Assembly (NCBI GenBank): GCA_963644945.1
Contig: CAVIQK010000008.1
Location: 879 to 64,878 of the forward strand
Length of the DNA stretch: 64,000 bases
Origin: a bacterium
GTDB taxonomy: Bacteria; Bacillota; Clostridia; Christensenellales; DTU072
Reading direction: 5' to 3'
In this document: positions 58,801-64,000 of the stretch, one piece after another
Position numbering within the stretch: the first letter of the stretch is position 1
How the letters are laid out: the number at the start of each line of letters is the position of its first letter
The notes under the pieces: model-generated
Told to the model about the DNA's origin: nothing
Database searches by the model: none
Seen by the model: the letters and a program-made list of their open reading frames with translations, nothing else
Translations under genes and position numbers: made by a program

Positions 58801-61800
58801 TATCTTGCAAGGGCATCTTCGTCCTCGTCTGCATACCAATATTTTGTTCTACTTGTAGTAGCCGAAATTGTAGGCGCATAAGTATCGCTTTGTCCCGTAA
58901 AGGTCACGAAAAGATCGGGATAATCTTCGTAATAAATCTTTACTTGCCACGAAGAATCACCGCTCATAACGACTTCGTTGTATGTGCCGGTATGTCTTAG
59001 GGTGCTTGTCCCCAAAACCATTTCGTAAGCATAACCTTCGCCCGTAGGATAACGGAAACTTACTTGTCCCGCTGTCGTTATCAGGTAGTTGGTCGAGCCG
59101 ATTTTTTCTTTTATAAAGCCTACTTGCGTGCCGGCGGTTTCGTCATACTTAATCGGGGTGCCGTCCTTTACGTAGTACCAATCTACTTTAGGAACTTCTC
59201 TTACAAGAGTAGTTCTTTCTTCATAGACGTTGCCGAATAAGTCTTCTATATAGAATCTATATTCGCCTGCATCTTTTAGGGTGATTGCGTTTTTCTTGAG
59301 CGACGAAACATTGCTTACGATAAGAACGTCGTCAAGATATATTTCAAAACGATAAATATCGTCTTGCGAATATTTGCACTCGAATCTTACGTATTTGTTC
59401 TTTTCGTTGGTGAATGAACATGCCGAACTAAGATCTTCGGTGCTTATTCTTACGTTTAGGCTGTAATTGTTGCCGGAGCGGTCATATACTCTTACTATGT
59501 ATCTTCCTTCTCCGAGGCTTATTCCGCTTGCTTCGCTTACAAGATATGCACCTTGGTATTTTTCGCCCGACGTAAACACTGCAATATAGGCATATTCGTC
59601 CTCGTCAGTCAAGGTGTCGAAAGTGAAAGATTTTACGTTGAGCGATTGGCTACGGTCGGCAAAATCTTTGGTTATGGTTATTTCGTTGTTATCATATATA
59701 ACTTTAAGTTCCGGAGCAGTGTTGTCGATATATACGCTATATTCTCTTACGCCGTCTTCGCCTCTCTCTATAATGTCATATATGCCGGTACCTTTGATGA
59801 GGTCTTTTAGATAAAATTCTCCGTCAAGAGTCAATTTTTCGTATGTCGTCCCCGTCACGTGTTCTTTATAGTAGATCGTCGTATAGTCGGATGCCGTCAA
59901 TTTTTGTACGGCTATAGGATAAGAGATGTTTTCTTCTACGTGATAAGGTGAATAAATGCCCGAATCTCCGCCGAACGAAACGGGGGAAGTGAAGAAGTAG
60001 CCCGTCATGGTTTTGTCCGCAGTTTCCGATTGCGAACGAATCCTTGAAGCATCGAGTGTCGGCACTCCTCTACTGTCGAGTCCGCCGTCACTGGTCAAAT
60101 ATGTATATGAGCCTTTATCGACGATTTTGTCAACAACGGTGATAATAGCCGTCCTTAACGATGACGACAATGCGGCAGTGTTGATTTGGGTTTCTTGACT
60201 GTTGCTGTAAAAATAATAGTTCCAATAGGTAGAATCGCTTACTTGATCCCACGATTTAGATTTATATCTTATCCATGTTTGTCCGATAGCGGCAGTGCCT
60301 TCGCCTTCGGCTTTTTTGTAGTTGGATGCAATGGTGCCGTTCAGGACATCCACAACCGACTGCGTGTCAACGTAAAGAAGGGACAAGTCTTGCATTTCCA
60401 TATAGTAGCAATAGTCATAAGCCCTTTCTCTTGACGAGAACATGAGAGTAAGATTTTTTGACTTGTTATAACTTGTCGATTCTGCCGTACTGTTGGACGA
60501 TGCGTAGTAATACGAAACGTCTTTGAGTTCATATACTTTGTTGACGATAAGGGGGCTTCCCGTAGTCGATTGATAGCAAGAAACGTTGTCGTTGTCGCCT
60601 TTTAGATAGAAGGTATAGACTTCGGACTTCTTGCCGTCACCGGAGATTCTGATAGAATAATTGCCACCGCTAGCACTCTTATATTTGAGAGTAAGGACTT
60701 TTTTCGTAGTAGAGCCTTCCGCTACATCGGAAATCGTACTATCAAAATAATTGCTTATGTTTGCGGTTATGTTTTCGCTACCTCTATATAGATAATCGAC
60801 TTGTGGCTCCGATGTAGAACCTTGTAGCGAAAAAGTGAGTTCGAATCCGCTTGCCAAATATGTATTGTCATAAGAATGGTCTGTTTCGTTGATCACAGTC
60901 ATATCGCTGACGTTTATCGTGTCATAAATCGAATATTTTGTACCCGAAATGCCCATATTGATGTTGCAATGGTCGGATGTATCGAATAAATAGGCGTCGT
61001 CTAAAACATATTCGTCTTGATTGGATGCTCCGTCGTAGGTCACAAAACTGAAATAGAATTTCATGCTTTCGGCATCGGATAGTCCTAAAAGATCTTTGCC
61101 GGATACGGTCATTGTGCCGGTTGAAGTATTGGAAGCGTCATCATAAGTAAACGATGCTATTTCGTTGGTCGTAGGCGATACTTTGTTTTGAGTGTAGATG
61201 GTTTTGCGAGAATATCCTAGCATGCCCACTTGTCTATAATACATCTCTACGGACGTGAGATCCGTAGCATTCCCTTCTACTGTGATGGTTAGATCTCTTG
61301 TCGAAACCGCCGCATTGACGTCGCCAAAAGATATGCTCTTGATGTTTATCGGGGTATTGTCAAAATTGAGAGGTGTAGAAACATGTCCCAAAACTTCTTT
61401 GCCGTAAGCAGAGACTGCTTTGTAGTAAAGATAATATGTTCCGTCCATCTTGTCGCCTATTACATTGACTTCGGACGGATTGACGGTTTCGCAACCTACA
61501 TAACTTGTCGGTTGATATTCGTCGGCATTTCCTACTATATCGGTAGATTTTACCCATGTATAATAGAGTTTTGAACCGACTCCTTCCATGTTGGATACGG
61601 TGATTTTTACCGAGTGAGATTTGGATGTCAAATGTTCGTTGCTAACAATCTTGGTAGTGACTGCGGGATCTCTCAAATCAATGTCCGTAGAATAGGTAAT
61701 TCCTTGGAATTCTCCCATGTTTACGGCATTGTTGCTACAATTAAAATTGTATGCATAGTCATAAAGACCGGTAGCGAATTGCGAACTAAAAGTATCGTAA

Positions 61801-63302
61801 TTTCTAAATCTAATACTTGTTATCTTGGTACGTGTATAATCGAACTCGTTTTCATAGTCTTTGAGATTGCACTCAAAATACAGCGTATCGGTACCCTCTC
61901 CGCCTACATATTTGAAGTCGAGGGGCATTTTTCCGCTGTCATTGGCATAACCCGTTATGGTCAAGTTTTTGGCGGTGTCGTTGGTCAAGAAGTGAACAGG
62001 CTCCGAGAATCTGACCGAAAATCTCAAAACTTTGTTGTCGGTCGAAGCGATCTCGTCAAATGACGTACTCTTCAAGGTGGGGGCATTGTTGTCGTATAGT
62101 TCGCTGTCTATTCTGAGTCCTGCAAAAACCATGTCCCAACTGGAATCTCTTGCTATTCTCAAATTGAATGTTTCGGAATTGTTTTTGTATATCTTGCCCG
62201 TAACCGACGGGAAATTGAAATATTGTTTTGAGTAGTAAGAATAGGCATGTTTATACATGGGATCTTGCGTATTATAGACGGTGTATCCCTTGTGATTGTT
62301 GAGCCAACTTCTCGCTGCGTTGGTGAGATTGTATCTATATTCGGAATTATTGTTTTGGGCATAACCCGTTTCGCCGAACAAAATCGGTACACCGCTACAT
62401 TTAGGATCGTAATATTCGGAATAGAAAACTTCGTTCCCGCTACTATCGGAAATGGTCAATTTTGCGGGAGTATCGACTGTACACCAACCACTTTCGGAAA
62501 TGGTCGCAGATCCGCCGTAATAGACGTCTGCCCAGTCTTGTTTGTGGTACTTGATATAGTAATCGTTGGAAATGAATCTTGAAAAAGTTTGGTTTAGAGT
62601 GGTGTCTTCATCTACGTAAATCGCAATATAGCGTGTAGGTGTTTGGTAATAGACATTGCCTCTTTCTATCCAAATAGACGCAAAACTGTTGCCGTAGAGA
62701 TAATCGTCGAAATATAAGCCGTTTTTCCCTTCTATTTTTGAAAATGCATAGTCATATTCGGTAAGCACTCTGCAATCAAAGATTTGTGAGCCTTGTTCGG
62801 TCGCGTTGAAGTCGTTTTTGACGACGTAGTCGCAACCGCTGTCCGTCACGATATTGCATAGGACTATTTCGAAAACTCTCGTTGTTCCGTAAGTCTTTTC
62901 GCCTTCTACGAGGTTGGTGGCATCCGTTTGGTAGGTTTGTACGCTAAAATATTGCGTGGCGCCTTTGGTTGCCGACGTGGTGATTTTGTAGTCTTTAGAT
63001 TGAGATGTATAGTCGCCCTTTTCGGAAATTGCACTTTTATCCCTTGTGGTCAACGTAAAACTTATGCCGTCGTTTTTCTTGGTTACGGCGACTCCTACGG
63101 TAATTTTGCCGGCAGAGTCCGGAATAAGATTGCCGTTGTCGTCTTTGTCGTTGGAGGAAAAGAACACAATATTCATTGTGGTTTCGTCGGTTGCGACAAG
63201 TGTCGATGCCTCCGCCACCGTATCTATATTTAGAAACGGAACGACGCAAAAGGCAAGCGCCAAGACTAAGATAATCGTTATTCTAAAAACTTTCTTTTTC
63301 AT
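55896..63302 (-). CDS. 2468-aa surface protein: signal peptide, multi-domain ectodomain with >=11 Ig-like repeats, C-terminal TM anchor
   Basis: N-terminus MKKKVFRITIILVLALAFCVVPFLNIDTVAEA. C-terminus ...NIATTVLIIGVVVAISIGLFLGLLFRKRSRIE. No LPXTG. Recurrent G-x-Y-x-hydrophobic-x-hydrophobic-x-D-x-x-G-N strand signature. Confidence 0.85.
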   Translation of the reverse strand: MKKKVFRITIILVLALAFCVVPFLNIDTVAEASTLVATDETTMNIVFFSSNDKDDNGNLIPDSAGKITVGVAVTKKNDGISFTLTTRDKSAISEKGDYTSQSKDYKITTSATKGATQYFSVQTYQTDATNLVEGEKTYGTTRVFEIVLCNIVTDSGCDYVVKNDFNATEQGSQIFDCRVLTEYDYAFSKIEGKNGLYFDDYLYGNSFASIWIERGNVYYQTPTRYIAIYVDEDTTLNQTFSRFISNDYYIKYHKQDWADVYYGGSATISESGWCTVDTPAKLTISDSSGNEVFYSEYYDPKCSGVPILFGETGYAQNNNSEYRYNLTNAARSWLNNHKGYTVYNTQDPMYKHAYSYYSKQYFNFPSVTGKIYKNNSETFNLRIARDSSWDMVFAGLRIDSELYDNNAPTLKSTSFDEIASTDNKVLRFSVRFSEPVHFLTNDTAKNLTITGYANDSGKMPLDFKYVGGEGTDTLYFECNLKDYENEFDYTRTKITSIRFRNYDTFSSQFATGLYDYAYNFNCSNNAVNMGEFQGITYSTDIDLRDPAVTTKIVSNEHLTSKSHSVKITVSNMEGVGSKLYYTWVKSTDIVGNADEYQPTSYVGCETVNPSEVNVIGDKMDGTYYLYYKAVSAYGKEVLGHVSTPLNFDNTPINIKSISFGDVNAAVSTRDLTITVEGNATDLTSVEMYYRQVGMLGYSRKTIYTQNKVSPTTNEIASFTYDDASNTSTGTMTVSGKDLLGLSDAESMKFYFSFVTYDGASNQDEYVLDDAYLFDTSDHCNINMGISGTKYSIYDTINVSDMTVINETDHSYDNTYLASGFELTFSLQGSTSEPQVDYLYRGSENITANISNYFDSTISDVAEGSTTKKVLTLKYKSASGGNYSIRISGDGKKSEVYTFYLKGDNDNVSCYQSTTGSPLIVNKVYELKDVSYYYASSNSTAESTSYNKSKNLTLMFSSRERAYDYCYYMEMQDLSLLYVDTQSVVDVLNGTIASNYKKAEGEGTAAIGQTWIRYKSKSWDQVSDSTYWNYYFYSNSQETQINTAALSSSLRTAIITVVDKIVDKGSYTYLTSDGGLDSRGVPTLDASRIRSQSETADKTMTGYFFTSPVSFGGDSGIYSPYHVEENISYPIAVQKLTASDYTTIYYKEHVTGTTYEKLTLDGEFYLKDLIKGTGIYDIIERGEDGVREYSVYIDNTAPELKVIYDNNEITITKDFADRSQSLNVKSFTFDTLTDEDEYAYIAVFTSGEKYQGAYLVSEASGISLGEGRYIVRVYDRSGNNYSLNVRISTEDLSSACSFTNEKNKYVRFECKYSQDDIYRFEIYLDDVLIVSNVSSLKKNAITLKDAGEYRFYIEDLFGNVYEERTTLVREVPKVDWYYVKDGTPIKYDETAGTQVGFIKEKIGSTNYLITTAGQVSFRYPTGEGYAYEMVLGTSTLRHTGTYNEVVMSGDSSWQVKIYYEDYPDLFVTFTGQSDTYAPTISATTSRTKYWYADEDEDALARYLQKIKDTAKSGDVINLDDVSCELTDIVTETIASGETVNGGIVNIGVGDLSGIYKWTCTINGKTTEYLGDKVSSIQLSTEGTYQITATDLIGNQTSFSFSIGKSDFTRMIIDDVEELEFEKSSTKYGHEYAVATVEGAGTFAFVVDGEYFKLTTDGSNLIRTIYKVVIDESGELKTAEEEVDLGVLPTTYITIGETDGGYIRTYARNGIVYVGAVLKDAVQGKVNKMEIALRVSSSSAIDTKYSKIVLSDECSYLTYQKDGVDVRLTDILNINEICPLTLEAEVTTVLVNYSPISFEQAEFEDVALGGTYECGRLGEGFYVFHVYNKYGNYSETRVLYSVGIATVGEITYTDGSTKSYSTTYEGDFYSNSSVSLIVYKNVTVAVTKNGSAYKSYTVKTTDTYTQISVGGDGEYVVTLTDDCGNVVTRNIHIKNKSIKYSDGWLTGFNEKALRKDEGYTNTQVSFVENTLKGASVEYITVAYGEKLTVIYDNSSETKVSFASDYKVGADGDGVYEIVFRDIYGNKVAKTVNYSSHTTLSVSRETRDLKKTAYSLDSPLVDNSIWSNKTISFETKAKKYLFKVNSETKDIPYTLSFPGTFDSGKYEYNIEYTDEYGFSYKFSCVLYRTTIEIGVDNMKVNSGVTKDPVSITFSANLSAVISINNQEIGAYKSGEKYMRDGSYVISVSDKAGNTLNYSVRRDSVADYCFYTGSVDQKLVNGEITNMSVVYFAPLNGDSVSYCAVYHDGKEMLDYDLTSFTGNGKWEVVLQDECGNKDYFSFYIVTHALVSFEYTAPYGYEITEATFNAGGGEVDYIEFVEEKDGCKYIALDENGEYKIVMMSPVTGKTTAFSVTIDKSVPTITLEGVAEGESTNKNVKISGYKAGDTIYIYKDGELVNTIEALTVSDVPEITEKGNYKIVVVNEAGGQSEVEFTRVYTANIATTVLIIGVVVAISIGLFLGLLFRKRSRIE
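55950..59520 (-). repeat. array of diverged Ig-like/beta-sandwich modules within the 2468-aa ORF
   Basis: Module-end signatures: GRYIVRVYDRSGNNY, GEYRFYIEDLFGNVY, GTYQITATDLIGNQT, GFYVFHVYNKYGNYS, GEYVVTLTDDCGNVV, GVYEIVFRDIYGNKV, GKYEYNIEYTDEYGF, GSYVISVSDKAGNTL, GKWEVVLQDECGNKD, GEYKIVMMSPVTGKT, GNYKIVVVNEAGGQS. Confidence 0.7.
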
Positions 63303-63317
63303 CTATGTTATAGTCCT

Positions 63318-64000
63318 TCAAGACATACTCTCAAGTCTTGCAAAAATTTCACTTTCGGTGAGTTCTTTGTGTGCTTCTCTAAACTTTACGAATCTTTCAA
63401 AGAGTCTGGTTTCTTCTGCGAGTTTTTCTTTCTCTTCGTCTTCTTCGGTTGTGGGTTTTGTATTGCTTCCCATCTTCATGGTAGCACCCGTATTTTGATT
63501 GTCGTCTTCACTCGACAACACGAGATCGTTGCGTTTTTCCGCATCAAAATATATGGCATGCTCGTCAAAGAATCTTTCGCTGAGAAAATCGGTGTTCATT
63601 GTGCCGGTCTTGTATAGCGGGACCTTAAAACTCGGGGTGAAATAACTTTTTAGCGGATAGTTGCCGAACGTGACGATGATGGAGTGTCCTATGTCCGAGC
63701 CATGATTGAGTCTTTGGAGTTCGGACGGATAAATAAGAGGTCTTACTTGTGTTTGGGTAGAAACATTTACCGATTTATCCATATCCGTTCCGCTTGTCGA
63801 ACGAGTGACGACCGTAATATTTCCGCATAGTTCGGAAAATTCTTTACATGTCCCCATGTCGTTAGATCCTATAAACATTTTGATTCCGCAGTTGCCTTTG
63901 ATTATATCGGCGACTTTATCGCCATAGACGTTGTTTAGTTGCGAATATGATTGCACGATCATATTGAACCAAATCTTACGGCTTCTTCCGACGGTAATCA
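63318..64000 (-). CDS. VirD4/TraG-type type IV coupling protein, C-terminal part (N-terminus beyond window)
   Basis: The frame stays open to the window edge (...ITVGRSRKIWFNMIVQSYSQLNNVYGDKVADIIKGNCGIKMFIGSNDMGTCKEFSELCG). This is the conserved QS-SQL-YG...NC... block of T4CPs. Acidic C-terminal tail. Confidence 0.75.
   Translation of the reverse strand, partial: ITVGRSRKIWFNMIVQSYSQLNNVYGDKVADIIKGNCGIKMFIGSNDMGTCKEFSELCGNITVVTRSTSGTDMDKSVNVSTQTQVRPLIYPSELQRLNHGSDIGHSIIVTFGNYPLKSYFTPSFKVPLYKTGTMNTDFLSERFFDEHAIYFDAEKRNDLVLSSEDDNQNTGATMKMGSNTKPTTEEDEEKEKLAEETRLFERFVKFREAHKELTESEIFARLESMS

Larger units (their letters stand above)
44913..64000 (-). mobile_element. candidate conjugative-element segment: co-directional T4SS-like operon (right end beyond window)
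   Basis: Nine co-oriented genes, all junctions at or below 37 nt or overlapping except one 89-nt gap. Includes VirD4-like and VirB4-like ATPases, a VirB6-like protein, a pilin-like protein, a lipoprotein and a giant surface protein. No integrase or relaxase is visible in the window. Confidence 0.5.

Noticed and set aside
1-64000. CRISPR arrays, rRNA genes, IS elements and long DNA-level direct repeats
   Set aside because: No regularly spaced short repeats, no rRNA-like sequence and no transposase or integrase ORF were seen. The repeats I could find are protein-level only. An exhaustive DNA repeat search cannot be done by eye.

Overview
Low-GC (about 40% by eye) Bacillota/Mollicutes-like chromosomal segment using the standard genetic code: TGA is a stop at 4925-4927, 16497-16499 and 63318-63320. 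All calls come from reading the ORF translations and the DNA; no database search was possible.

Positions 1-44.7 kb are mostly housekeeping or accessory metabolism:
- yigZ (partial), tyrS and an aminotransferase
- an orphan membrane protein with a MacB/FtsX-type ABC pair
- gap
- a glycogen block (glgA-glgP-GH13)
- a cytoplasmic GH5 with two acyltransferases
- a lipoprotein solute-binding protein translationally coupled to a hybrid histidine kinase
- a LysR regulator with a divergent small-membrane-protein operon
- rlmI-like, MATE, cytidylate-kinase-like, tRNA-Val(UAC), cysK and a CNNM/CorC protein
- a heterodimeric ABC exporter
- an oppABCDF operon whose components are all unusually large

Positions 44.9-64.0 kb are one tightly packed minus-strand operon encoding a minimal Gram-positive/Mollicutes-type type IV secretion (conjugation-like) module. 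In transcription order it contains:
- a VirD4/TraG coupling protein (partial)
- a 2468-aa surface protein
- a pilin-like 2-TM protein
- a lipoprotein
- a VirB6-like polytopic protein
- a VirB4 ATPase
- an ECF-type sigma factor
- a 61-aa ORF
- a 1698-aa cytoplasmic orphan protein

The most interesting signals are in this last block. First, the 1698-aa protein contains a tandem duplication of a module of about 365 aa. Second, its C-terminal tail (...SVPEADHK plus a Lys/Glu tail) recurs as the free-standing 61-aa ORF (...SVPEASHK plus a Lys/Glu tail) coupled to the sigma factor. I do not recognise this arrangement as a described system. No CRISPR array, rRNA, integrase, relaxase or transposase is visible in the window.
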